From: an uncultured Candidatus Rokubacteria bacterium
Lineage (GTDB): Bacteria; Methylomirabilota; Methylomirabilia; Rokubacteriales; CSP1-6
DNA length: 64,000 nucleotides
Direction of reading: 5' to 3'
NCBI GenBank assembly: GCA_963762145.1
Contig: CAVXJS010000014.1
Span: 128,001 to 192,000 of the forward strand
Made by a program: the position numbers and the translations under genes. The notes beneath the pieces are model-generated. The model saw only the letters and a program-made list of their open reading frames with translations, made no database searches and was not told the DNA's origin. Below, in pieces: positions 1-10,876 of this stretch (the first letter of the stretch is position 1; the number at the start of each line of letters is the position of its first letter).

Positions 1-151
1 ACGGCGACCGGGAGGATCCTCTGGACATCACGGTTGCGTTACATGCGGTCTGAGCGAACGGTGGCCCGGGGGAAACGGCGGGTGTAGGGTGACCGATGAA
101 CCCGTGACTCGTTGAATCCGTGACCATTCCCTCGACACCAAGGAGGAGCTC

Positions 152-643
152 ATGGCGACCAAGACGGCAACCAGCAAGTCCACCAAGGTGAAGGCCATTC
201 CCAACGGCTACCATTCGGTCACGCCGTACCTGATCATCGACGGCGCGGCGCGCGCGCTCGACTTCTACAAGCGCGCCTTCGACGCCAAGGAGCTGATGCG
301 CATCCCGTCGCCGGGCGACAAGATCGGCCACGCCGAGATCAAGATCGGCGATTCCGTGATCATGCTGGCCGACGAGCACCCCGAGATGGATGCGCGGAGC
401 CCCGGCCACTTCGGCGGCTCGCCGATCAGCATCATGATCTACGTGGAGGACGTGGATAAGCAGTTCAAGCAGGCCATCGCGGCGGGCGGGACCGAGCTGC
501 GCCCCCTGACCGACCAGTTCTACGGTGATCGCTCGGGCACCCTCAAGGACCCCTTCGGCCATAGCTGGCACCTCTCCACCCACAAGGAAGACGTCAGCAT
601 GGAAGAAATGAACCGCCGCATGGCAGCCATGAAGAAAGACTAG
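152..643 (+). CDS. VOC/PhnB-like (glyoxalase/bleomycin resistance) family protein
   Basis: VTPYL..A.DFYK.AF, HAEIKIGDS, DQFYGDRSG.LKDPFGH motifs; RBS AAGGAGGAG upstream. Confidence 0.9.
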   Translation: MATKTATSKSTKVKAIPNGYHSVTPYLIIDGAARALDFYKRAFDAKELMRIPSPGDKIGHAEIKIGDSVIMLADEHPEMDARSPGHFGGSPISIMIYVEDVDKQFKQAIAAGGTELRPLTDQFYGDRSGTLKDPFGHSWHLSTHKEDVSMEEMNRRMAAMKKD

Positions 644-646
644 CCC

Positions 647-674
647 GGGGTCAGGTCTTGAATTACGACATTTC
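647..674 (+). repeat. Left terminal inverted repeat GGGGTCAGGTCTTGAATTACGACATTTC
   Basis: Exact reverse complement of 1649-1676. Confidence 0.95.
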
Positions 675-742
675 CCCAGGCGTGGCTGTGTCGTAATCGT
701 CACACTTGAGAGTCTGGACGCCGGAGCGGTAGCGTGGGCGCC

Positions 743-1660
743 ATGTCCCGACCGCTCCGGCTCCAGATTCCCGGCGGGATCTACCACGTCACCGCGCGCG
801 GGAATGCGCGCCGGGCGATCTTTGAGGACGACGACGACTGCGCCCGGTTTCTGACCGTCCTAGCGGGTACGGTCGCCCGCTATCGCGTGCTCTGTCACGC
901 CTACTGCCTCATGGGCAATCACTACCATCTGCTGGTGCAAACCCTGGAGGCCAATCTCTCCCTTGCGATGCGGCACCTCAACGGGGTGTACACGCAAGGA
1001 TTCAACCGGCGGCATGAGCGATGTGGTCATGTGCTGCAGGGTCGGTTCGCCGCTCAGCTGGTGGATGGGGATGCCTACCTACGGGAAGTCTGCCGCTACG
1101 TTGTGCTCAATCCGGTCAGGGCAGGCCTCGTCTCGCATCCCGGAGATTGGAAGTGGAGCAGCTTCCTCGCAACCGCAGGTCAGACGGCCGCGCCAGGGTT
1201 CCTCTCCGTGGAGTGGGTGCGAAACCTGAGCGGCGCCAGGACTCAGGCCGAGGCGATCCGGAGATTTGTCTCGTTCGTGGAAGCGGGAATCTCGGATCCC
1301 CGGAGCTTCATAGAGGTGTTAAGGGCGGAGCCGGTGTTGAGCCAAGCCTTGACCGAGCGGCTGGATGAGCGACGGCGCGTGTCAGGTGACTGCATCGAGT
1401 TTCCCCGCGCCCAGCGGTTTGCTTCAAGACCTCCGCTCGAACGGATCTTTCTGGGCATGACCTCCAAGGCCGACCGAAATTCGCGCGTGGCCCTGGCCGT
1501 TCGCGACCACGGATACACCATGCGCGAGGTAGCGGCGTTCCTCGGCCGTCACTACGCGACGATAAGCCGCGTCCTGGCGCAGACCGACGAGCATCGCATC
1601 GCGTCGCCTGACCGGGGCCAGAGTGCCGACAGCCTGGCGGCGACGGAAGAAATGTCGTAA
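743..1660 (+). CDS. REP-associated/Y1 (HuH) tyrosine transposase with C-terminal HTH
   Basis: YHVTARGN, MGNHYHLL (HuH), NPVRAGLV...WKWSS motifs; C-terminal YTMREVAAFLGRHYATISR helix-turn-helix. Confidence 0.9.
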   Translation: MSRPLRLQIPGGIYHVTARGNARRAIFEDDDDCARFLTVLAGTVARYRVLCHAYCLMGNHYHLLVQTLEANLSLAMRHLNGVYTQGFNRRHERCGHVLQGRFAAQLVDGDAYLREVCRYVVLNPVRAGLVSHPGDWKWSSFLATAGQTAAPGFLSVEWVRNLSGARTQAEAIRRFVSFVEAGISDPRSFIEVLRAEPVLSQALTERLDERRRVSGDCIEFPRAQRFASRPPLERIFLGMTSKADRNSRVALAVRDHGYTMREVAAFLGRHYATISRVLAQTDEHRIASPDRGQSADSLAATEEMS

Positions 1661-1676
1661 TTCAAGACCTGACCCC
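1649..1676 (-). repeat. Right terminal inverted repeat; contains the transposase TAA stop
   Basis: GAAATGTCGTAATTCAAGACCTGACCCC. Confidence 0.95.
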
Positions 1677-1679
1677 GAG

Positions 1680-3479
<1,800 letters not shown>

Positions 3480-3578
3480 GACCTTGACACTGTACCACGG
3501 ATGGAGTGGCGGACCAGCGCAGGCGTGGGGCATAATGACGAGTCCAATCCGGCGTCCCACGCGCAAGGAGGCTCATTC

Positions 3579-4154
3579 GTGAAGGCTCGCGTCGCCATCG
3601 TCGCGCTCGTCGCGCTGTTCGTGACATCCGTGTTGCCCGGCCCGATCGGGCCCGTCGGCGCCCAGCAGCCGACCCCACCCGCACCCAAGGAAGCCCCCAA
3701 AGGAGGCAAGAAGGTGAAACAGACGGCCGTCATCACCATGGAGAAGGGCGGCGAGATCGCGCTCGAGTTCTTTCCCGAGGATGCCCCCAAGACGGTGGAG
3801 AACTTCGTGACCCTGGCCAAGAAGGGCTTCTACGACGGCGTGACGTTCCACCGCGTCGAGCCGAACTTCGTGGTCCAGGGGGGTGATCCCAAGGGCAACG
3901 GCACCGGGGGCCCCGGCTACACGATCAAGGACGAGTTCAACAAGCAGAAGCACGTCCGCGGCATGCTCGCGATGGCGCGCACCCAGGCCCCGAACTCGGC
4001 GGGCAGCCAGTTCTACATCACGCTGGCCCCGGCCCACTTCCTCGACGGCCAGTACACCGTCTTCGGGCGAGTGACCTCCGGCATGGAGCTGGTGGACAAG
4101 ATCAAGGTCGGCGACAAGATGAAGTCGGTGAAGATCATCGAGGTCGACCAGTAG
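3579..4154 (+). CDS. Cyclophilin-type peptidyl-prolyl isomerase with signal peptide
   Basis: APKTVENF, FYDGVTFHRV, QGGDP.G.GTGGPGY, SAGSQFYI, LDGQYTVFG; GTG start after AAGGAGG. Confidence 0.93.
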   Translation: MKARVAIVALVALFVTSVLPGPIGPVGAQQPTPPAPKEAPKGGKKVKQTAVITMEKGGEIALEFFPEDAPKTVENFVTLAKKGFYDGVTFHRVEPNFVVQGGDPKGNGTGGPGYTIKDEFNKQKHVRGMLAMARTQAPNSAGSQFYITLAPAHFLDGQYTVFGRVTSGMELVDKIKVGDKMKSVKIIEVDQ

Positions 4155-4158
4155 CGTC

Positions 4159-5757
4159 ATGCCCTGGTCGCTCCTGATCCGGAACGGGACGGTGGTGGAC
4201 GGCAGCGGCGCGCCCGCGCGCGCCGCCGACGTCGCGGTGGAGGGCGATCGCATCGCGGCGGTCGGTCCGGGACTGACCGGCGAGGCGGAGCGGGTGATCG
4301 ACGCCAAGGGGCTGATGGTCACCCCCGGGTTCATCGACATCCACTCGCACTCGGACCTGGTCTACGACAAGTGCCCGTCGGCGGAGTCCAAGGTGCGCCA
4401 GGGCGTGACCACCGAGGTGGTCGGCATGTGCAGCTTCTCGCCCGCTCCGGTGGCCCCGGGGCGTGCGGATCTGGTGCAGGAGTGGGCGGGCGGCATTGGC
4501 GGCAAGATCCCGATCACCTGGAACAGCTTCGGCGAGTATCTCGATCACCTGCGGGCGCTCGGCCCCACCGTCAACATCGTGCAGTTCGTGGGCCACGGGG
4601 CCCTGCGGCTGGCCGCGGTCGGGGCCGCCGCGCGCGCGGTGACGCCGGAGGAGCAGCAGGGCATGGAGCGGCTGCTGGCGGAAGCGCTCGACGCGGGCGC
4701 CTTCGGCTTCTCCACCGGGCTGGTGTACGCGCCCAGCGTCTACGGCAACACCGACGAGCTGGTGAGCCTCGCGCGCAGCATGGCGAGCCGCGGCGGGCTC
4801 TACTTCTCGCACATCCGGGGCGAGGCGGCCACGCTCGAGCAGGCGGCCGAGGAAGCGATCAAGATCGGCGAGCAGGGCGGGGTGCCCGTGCAGATCGCCC
4901 ACGTGAAGGCCTCGGGCCGCGAGAACTGGGGCAAGATGGACCGCGTCCTGCGCATGATCGACTCCGCGCGTGCCCGCGGCGTGGACGTGACCGGCGACGT
5001 GTATCCGTACCCGGCGGGCAGCACCAAGATGGACAACCTGCTCCCCGCGTGGATGCACGACGGTGGCATCTCGAAGCTGCTCGAGCGGCTCGGCGATCCC
5101 AAGGCGCGGCAGCGCGCGATCGGGGACTGCCTGGTGGACGGCGAGCGCTGGCGCACCGGCTCGGGCGGCATGGGCTGGGACGAGATCATGATCGCCACGT
5201 GCTCCAAGCCCGAGCTGGCCGGTATCCACGTCGCGGAGCTGGCCCGGCGCACCGGCAAGGAGCCGGCCCAGGCGATGATGGACCTCGTCCTGGAGGAGCG
5301 TGCCGGTGTCTCGATGGTGGTGTTCTCGCAGAGCGAGGAGAACGTCGGCACCGCGCTGGGCTACGCGCACAACATGGTGGGCTCCGACTCGCTGTCGCTG
5401 CACGCCGGAACCGGCCCGCATCCCGGCAAGCCGCACCCGCGGAGCTACGGGACGTTCCCGCGGGTGCTCGGGGTCTACTGCCGCGAGAAGCGGCTCTTCT
5501 CGTGGGAGACCGCGGTGCACAAGATGACCGGCATGCCCGCGACCAAGCTCGGCCTGAAGGACCGTGGGCTCGTGCAGGGCGGCCGCGCCGCGGACCTGAC
5601 GCTCTTCGATCCGGCCACCGTGCGGGACGAGGCGACGTTCCCGGATCCGCACCGCCACCCGGTCGGCATCCCCTACGTCATCGTCAACGGGCGGGTGGTG
5701 GTGGACGGCGCCCGCTACCACGCGGTGCCGGCCGGCCGCGTGCTGACGCCTCAGTAG
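4159..5757 (+). CDS. N-acyl-D-amino-acid deacylase (D-aminoacylase, amidohydrolase)
   Basis: PGFIDIHSHSD, QGVTTEVVG.C, HPRSYGTFPRVLG, AVHKMTG.PA. Confidence 0.9.
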   Translation: MPWSLLIRNGTVVDGSGAPARAADVAVEGDRIAAVGPGLTGEAERVIDAKGLMVTPGFIDIHSHSDLVYDKCPSAESKVRQGVTTEVVGMCSFSPAPVAPGRADLVQEWAGGIGGKIPITWNSFGEYLDHLRALGPTVNIVQFVGHGALRLAAVGAAARAVTPEEQQGMERLLAEALDAGAFGFSTGLVYAPSVYGNTDELVSLARSMASRGGLYFSHIRGEAATLEQAAEEAIKIGEQGGVPVQIAHVKASGRENWGKMDRVLRMIDSARARGVDVTGDVYPYPAGSTKMDNLLPAWMHDGGISKLLERLGDPKARQRAIGDCLVDGERWRTGSGGMGWDEIMIATCSKPELAGIHVAELARRTGKEPAQAMMDLVLEERAGVSMVVFSQSEENVGTALGYAHNMVGSDSLSLHAGTGPHPGKPHPRSYGTFPRVLGVYCREKRLFSWETAVHKMTGMPATKLGLKDRGLVQGGRAADLTLFDPATVRDEATFPDPHRHPVGIPYVIVNGRVVVDGARYHAVPAGRVLTPQ

Positions 5758-5784
5758 CTCACGCCGGAGCTGCCGCGTCGCGCC

Positions 5785-6717
5785 CTAGGCGGGCCAGCGG
5801 TTGTCGCGGAGGTACTCGATCGCGGCCAGCGCGGCGGTGGCTCCGTCGCCGGCCGAGGTGACGAGCTGCCGCGCGGACTCGGCGCGCACGTCGCCCGCGG
5901 CGAGGATGCCCGGGACGCGGGTGCGCATGCGCAGGTCGGTCACGATCTGCCCGCGCGCGTCGAGCGGCACGAGCCCGCCCAGGAACTCGGTGTTGGGCGT
6001 GAGCCCCGCGTAGATGAACACCCCGCTGACGGGCACCGCGTCGGTCTTGCCGGTGGTCAGGTCCTCGACCTGCACGCGCTCGACGCCGTCGGCGCCCTCG
6101 ATCGCGCGCAGCGCGGCGTTCCAGCGGAAGGAGATCTTGCGCTCGCCGCGGCTCCGCTCCTGGAGGCTCGCGCAGGCGCGCAGGGTGTCGCGGCGGTGCA
6201 GCAGCGTCACCGAGGAGGCGTACTGGGTGAGATGGATCGCCTCGTCCACCGCCGCGTCGCCGCCCCCCACCACGATCACCGGCTTCTCCATGAAGAAGGA
6301 GCCGTCGCACGAGGCGCAGTGCGAGAGGCCGCGCCCGAGGAACTCCGCCTCGCCGGGCACGCCGAGCGTGGTGAAGCGCGAGCCGCTCGCGACGATCAGG
6401 GTGCTGGTGGTGTGGCTGCCACCGTCCGTGTCGATTCGCAGGAGGTCACCATCGCGGTGGACCGCGGTGACCTCGTTCATCGCGATCTCGAGGCCCGCCG
6501 CGGTGGCCTGCTCCTGGAGCAGCGGGCCCAGGGTGTAGCCGGCCACGCCCTGGGGGAAGCCGGGGAAGTTGGTGATGTGCTCGCAGTTGAGCACCTGGCC
6601 GCCGGAGGAGAACTTTTCGAGCAGCAGCGCGCGGCAGCGATCGCGGGCGGCGAAGATGCCGGCGGTGTAGCCGGCGGCCCCGCCGCCCACGATCAGGACG
6701 TCGAGGACGTCCGCCAT
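5785..6717 (-). CDS. trxB: Thioredoxin-disulfide reductase
   Basis: GGGAAG, GRGLSHCASCDG (CxxC), GGGDAAVDEA, AAGDVR. Confidence 0.9.
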   Translation of the reverse strand: MADVLDVLIVGGGAAGYTAGIFAARDRCRALLLEKFSSGGQVLNCEHITNFPGFPQGVAGYTLGPLLQEQATAAGLEIAMNEVTAVHRDGDLLRIDTDGGSHTTSTLIVASGSRFTTLGVPGEAEFLGRGLSHCASCDGSFFMEKPVIVVGGGDAAVDEAIHLTQYASSVTLLHRRDTLRACASLQERSRGERKISFRWNAALRAIEGADGVERVQVEDLTTGKTDAVPVSGVFIYAGLTPNTEFLGGLVPLDARGQIVTDLRMRTRVPGILAAGDVRAESARQLVTSAGDGATAALAAIEYLRDNRWPA

Positions 6718-6733
6718 GCGCTGCGTGTGCGGC

Positions 6734-7237
6734 CTACAGCTGCTTCAGCATCGAGTCGGCGTCGCTCACCTCGAACTTGCCGGGCGCCTCGACGTTCAGC
6801 GACTTCACCACGCCGTTGTCCAGCAGCATCGAGTAGCGCTGCGAGCGCACGCCCATCCCGCGGGCGGTGAGGTCCATCTCGAGGCCCATCGCCTTCGTGA
6901 GCGCGGCGCTGCCGTCGGCCATCATCCGGACCTTGCCGGTGCTCTTCTGATCCTTGGCCCACGCGCCCATCACGAAGGCGTCGTTGACCGACACGCACCA
7001 CACCTCGTCGACGCCCTTGCCCTTGAGCTTGTCGATGTTGGCCACGTAGCTCGGCACGTGCTTGGCCGAGCAGGTGGGGGTGAAGGCGCCCGGCAGGCCG
7101 AAGACCACGATCTTCTTGCCCTTGGTCAGGTCCGCGACCTGAAACGCGTTCGGGCCCACGGTGCAGCCCGGGGTCTCCTGCTCGATGAACTCCGTCAGCG
7201 TGCCGTCCGGCACGCGGTCACCAACTTTGATCGCCAT
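6734..7237 (-). CDS. Peroxiredoxin, Prx5/type II
   Basis: GLPGAFTPTCSAKHVP, SVNDAFVMGAW, RSQRYSM. Confidence 0.93.
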   Translation of the reverse strand: MAIKVGDRVPDGTLTEFIEQETPGCTVGPNAFQVADLTKGKKIVVFGLPGAFTPTCSAKHVPSYVANIDKLKGKGVDEVWCVSVNDAFVMGAWAKDQKSTGKVRMMADGSAALTKAMGLEMDLTARGMGVRSQRYSMLLDNGVVKSLNVEAPGKFEVSDADSMLKQL

Positions 7238-7453
7238 CGGTGTCTCCTCCTAGAGGGTGGTTAGTGCGCGGCGGCCCACTCGCGCGTTTCAGCAGGCGGC
7301 GGCTAGGGTACCATAGCCAACCCCTGGGTGTGAGCCGGCCGGGGCGATCAGGCGCTCGCTCCTTCGCCGGGCGCCGCCCGGCCGAGCCGGCGCCTCATGT
7401 AAGCCCCCGTTTCCGCTGAGGATGAGCCTGCCTCCGGCGCGGAATCTGGTATA

Positions 7454-7472
7454 TATGCTCCATGAGACATAG
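7454..7472 (+). promoter_or_regulatory. Candidate operator TATGCTCC-N6-CATAG, copy 1
   Basis: Same 13 fixed bases and spacing as 14657-14675; TATG/CATA dyad. Confidence 0.4.
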
Positions 7473-7941
7473 TGTGGGGCCCGAGGCCCCGGCCGGGCTC
7501 GCCGAACTCCGACGCGACCCCCGGCAGGCGGTACGCGAAGAGGAGATCGTCTGCCTGGTGTGCGGTCGGTCCTTCCGCCAGCTCACGAACACGCACCTGC
7601 TCTCGCACGGGTTGACCTCGGCCGACTACAAGCAGGAGCACGGCTACAATCCCGGCCGCGCGATGATGTGCCACGCCCTGCGCCGCGTGTACGCGGCGCG
7701 CGCGGTCCGCATCGGGTTCGCAGAGCGGATCCGGGAGCGCCCGATCGTGGCGCGGCCCGATCTGCGCCAACGCGGTGGCGCCCGCCGGGTCAGGCTCGAG
7801 GAGCTGCTGACCCGGCGGGAGATTCAGCGGAGCCCACGCGCGATGGGATCGCCGCGACGGGTCCGGACGCTTCGCCTCCGGAGTCCCCGTCGACGTTTGA
7901 GCGAGAGGCCGGCCGCGACTGGCCGACGCTCGCGCGCTTGA
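7462..7941 (+). CDS. Ros/MucR-family zinc-finger regulator; start and C-terminus uncertain
   Basis: IVCLVCGRSFRQLTNTHLLSHGLT..DYK...GY motif; a possible frameshift near 7840 would end it at TGA 7898-7900. Confidence 0.75.
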   Translation: MRHSVGPEAPAGLAELRRDPRQAVREEEIVCLVCGRSFRQLTNTHLLSHGLTSADYKQEHGYNPGRAMMCHALRRVYAARAVRIGFAERIRERPIVARPDLRQRGGARRVRLEELLTRREIQRSPRAMGSPRRVRTLRLRSPRRRLSERPAATGRRSRA

Positions 7942-7956
7942 GTAAGATGCGCCCTG

Positions 7957-8289
7957 ATGAAGCCCAAGCTCCGGGTGTGGGTCACGTTCGGCGAGGACCT
8001 CAAGTTCGGGGACGGGCGCGCGCGCCTGCTCGCGCTCATCGACGAGCGCGGCTCCCTCAAGAAGGCGGCCCAGGAGCTCGAGATGTCCTACCGCAACGCG
8101 TGGGGCTACCTGCGCGATCTCGAGGAGGCGGCCGGCTTCAAGTTCGTCGAGCGGGTGCCGGGGGGTGGGCCCGAGAGCGGCATGCGGCTCACCAAGGCCG
8201 GCAAGCGCTTCCTGGAGCGCTACCAGAAGTTCCGGAGCGGCCTCGACGAGGCGGCCCGGCGGCAGTTCGACCGCGTCTTCGGCGCGTGA
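7957..8289 (+). CDS. ModE-like winged-helix regulator without molbindin domain
   Basis: FGDGRARLL..I...GSLKKAA.EL.MSYRNAW.Y, GGG...G..LT. Confidence 0.88.
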   Translation: MKPKLRVWVTFGEDLKFGDGRARLLALIDERGSLKKAAQELEMSYRNAWGYLRDLEEAAGFKFVERVPGGGPESGMRLTKAGKRFLERYQKFRSGLDEAARRQFDRVFGA

Positions 8290-8627
8290 GCCCCGAGGCG
8301 AAGTATCTCTACCTGACCACGATCGGCCGGCGCAGCGGGCTTCCCCGACAGATCGAGATCTGGTTCACGCGCCGCGGAGGCCGCTACTACCTGGTGGCCG
8401 AGCATGGGCTGAAGGCGCACTGGGTGCAGAACCTCCTCGCGGAGCCCGCGGTGCGCGCGCGCGTCGGTCGCCGCTCGTTCGGCGGGCGAGCCCGGGTGGT
8501 GGATGCGCGGTCGGAGCGCGATCTGGTCGCCGCGGTCCGGGAGCGGTCGGAGGGCAAGTACGGCTGGGGCGCCGGCCTCGTCGTGGAGATCGCGCCGGCG
8601 GCGTCCCGGCGAGGCTCGTCGCGCTAG
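8286..8627 (+). CDS. Deazaflavin (F420)-dependent nitroreductase family, split beta-barrel
   Basis: YLYLTTIGRRSGLPR.IEIWF, WVQNLLAEPAVR; GTGA overlap with upstream stop. Confidence 0.75.
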   Translation: MSPEAKYLYLTTIGRRSGLPRQIEIWFTRRGGRYYLVAEHGLKAHWVQNLLAEPAVRARVGRRSFGGRARVVDARSERDLVAAVRERSEGKYGWGAGLVVEIAPAASRRGSSR

Positions 8628-10857
8628 CGCGTCGTCACGACCCGGATCAGCGCGCCGTCGGGCCGGGCCGGCGCGACCTCGCCGATGATCGCGGCAGCCT
8701 CGTCGCCCGCCGCGCGCAGCGCGCTCAGCATCGCCGAACTCCGCTCTCGCGGCACCGCGAGCAGCAGCCCTCCCGAGGTCTGGGGATCGAAGAGCAGGTC
8801 GAGCACCGCCCGGCGCGCCGCGTCCGGCTCCACGAGCATGGCCCGTCGCGCGCGAGCGTTCTCCGGATGCGCGGTGCTGCGGATGCCGCGGCCCAGCAGT
8901 GCCACCGCGCCGGGTAGCGCGGGAATCGCGGTGAGGTCGAGCAGCGCCGAGGCCTTGCTCGCGCGCAGCATCTCGCCCAGGTGCCCCGCCAGGCCGAAGC
9001 CGGTGACGTCGGTGGCGGCCGAGGGCCGCAACGGGATCATCGCGCGGGCGGCCGCCCCGTTGGAGCGAAGCATCGAGGCTGCGGTCGCCTCCACCCACTC
9101 GCCGCGCGCGAGCGCCCGCATGTCGGCCTGCAGGATCACACCGGTGCCGAGCGGCTTGGTCAGGATGAGCTGGTCCCCGGGCGCCGCGCCGCCGATGCGG
9201 ATCAGCGCATCGGCCGACGCCGCGAAGCCCCAGACCGCGAAGCCCACCACCAGCTCCGGCCCCGTGGTGGTGTGGCCGCCCACGAGCGTGACGCCGTCGG
9301 CATCCAGCGCGACCCGGGCTCCCGCCATCACCTGGTAGAGCGTCTCCTCCGCGCGCGCCGGCTCCGTTTCGGGCACACTCACCTGGGCCAGCGCGAAGCG
9401 TGGCGTCACCCCCTTGGCCCAGAGATCGCTGACCGCGTTGACCGCGGCGACGCGTCCGACCAGGTAGGGATCGTCCGCGAAGGCGCGGAACGAGTCGACG
9501 GTGGCCGCGACGATCTCGCCGCGCTCGGTCTCCACCGCGGCGGCATCGTCGGGCTGGGCCAGGCCCAGGACGACCGCGGGATGGCTCGGCACGCCGAGGC
9601 GCTCGAGCGCGCGGGTGAGGGAGGATTCACCCACCTTGGCCGCGCAGCCCCCGCAGAGCATGTCGCCGCCGGGCATCGTCGCCGCCGCGAAGTCCGGCGT
9701 GATCGCGCCGTCCCGATCGAGCACCTGGAAGCGGCGCACGAAGCGGCGGTCGATCCAGTCCTTCAACGAGAAGAGGACGCTCCCTTGGACCGACACGCCC
9801 CACTTGGTGCCGATGGCGCCGCCGTCGCCCAGGTTCAGCAGCGAGAGGAAGTCCCGCTGCGGGCGGTACGGGCGAAGGCGCGCGCCGCCGATCCTCGCCG
9901 TCAGGTTGTGCGCGAGCACCGGACCCTGGCGGACCGCGTAGACGCCGGCCTTGGCGAGGCCGGGGCCCGCTATCCACGCCGCGCAGTCGCCCACCGCGAA
10001 GACCTCGTCGTGCCCCACGCACTGCAGCGTCGGACGGATGCGCACGAAGCCGCCCTCGTCGGTCTCGAGCCCGGAGCCCTGGAAGATCGGCAGCGCGGCG
10101 GCGCCCGCCACCCAGACCACCGCGTCGGCGGGGAGCCGATCGCCGCCTTCCAGATGCACCGATCCGGTCTCGACCCGCGTCACGCGGGCGCCGGTGCGGA
10201 TCACGATCCCGCGTGCTCCGGCCGCGGCCTCGACGCGGGCGGCCGCGCTCGCCGCGTAGCCCGGCAGGACGCGGGGGCCGGACTCGAGCAGGAGCACCTT
10301 GACGCGCCCGCCGCGCCGCGGCCCCAGCCGGGCCGCGAGGGCGAAGGCCACCTCGACACCGCCCGCGCCCGCGCCGGCCACGACGAGGCGCGCGGCGTTG
10401 CGGGCCCGCGCGGCGGCCAGGAGCTCGTCCACGCGGCGGACGAACTCGCCGATCGGCCGCGTCGGGATCGCGTGCTCGCGAACGCCGGGCAGCTCGAGCC
10501 CGGCCACCGTCGAGCCCACGTCGAAGGACACGGTGTCGTACGCGATCGGCGGCCGGCCGTCCAGGACCAGGCGCCGCGCCCGGGTGTCGAGACCGGTGGC
10601 CGCCGTGATGATGCAGCGCGCTCCCGCACGCAGGGCGAGCGGACGCACGTCGATCTCGAGGTCGTCCCGCGAATACTGGCCGGCCACGAAGCCCGGCACC
10701 ATGCCGGAGTAGACGGCAACCGGCCGATCCACCACGAGGGTGAGGCGCGCACCGGGGACGGGCGTCATGGCCCAGCGCTTGAGCACCTGGATGTGGGCGT
10801 GGCCGCCGCCCACCAGGACCAGGTCGTGCCGGAAGGAGCCGCGGACGGCGAGCGCAT
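8624..10857 (-). CDS. selD: FAD-dependent oxidoreductase fused to selenophosphate synthetase (SelD)
   Basis: N-terminal DLVLVGGGHAH, YSGMVPG, KAGVYAVRQGP; C-terminal CGGCAAKV, PDDAA, GGHT, LTKPLGTG, ATDVTGFGLAGHL.EM, DPQTSGGLL; ATG at 10857 is out of frame with the body (probable indel). Confidence 0.88.
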
Positions 10858-10876
10858 GCCCGTCCGCGGCGGAGGA

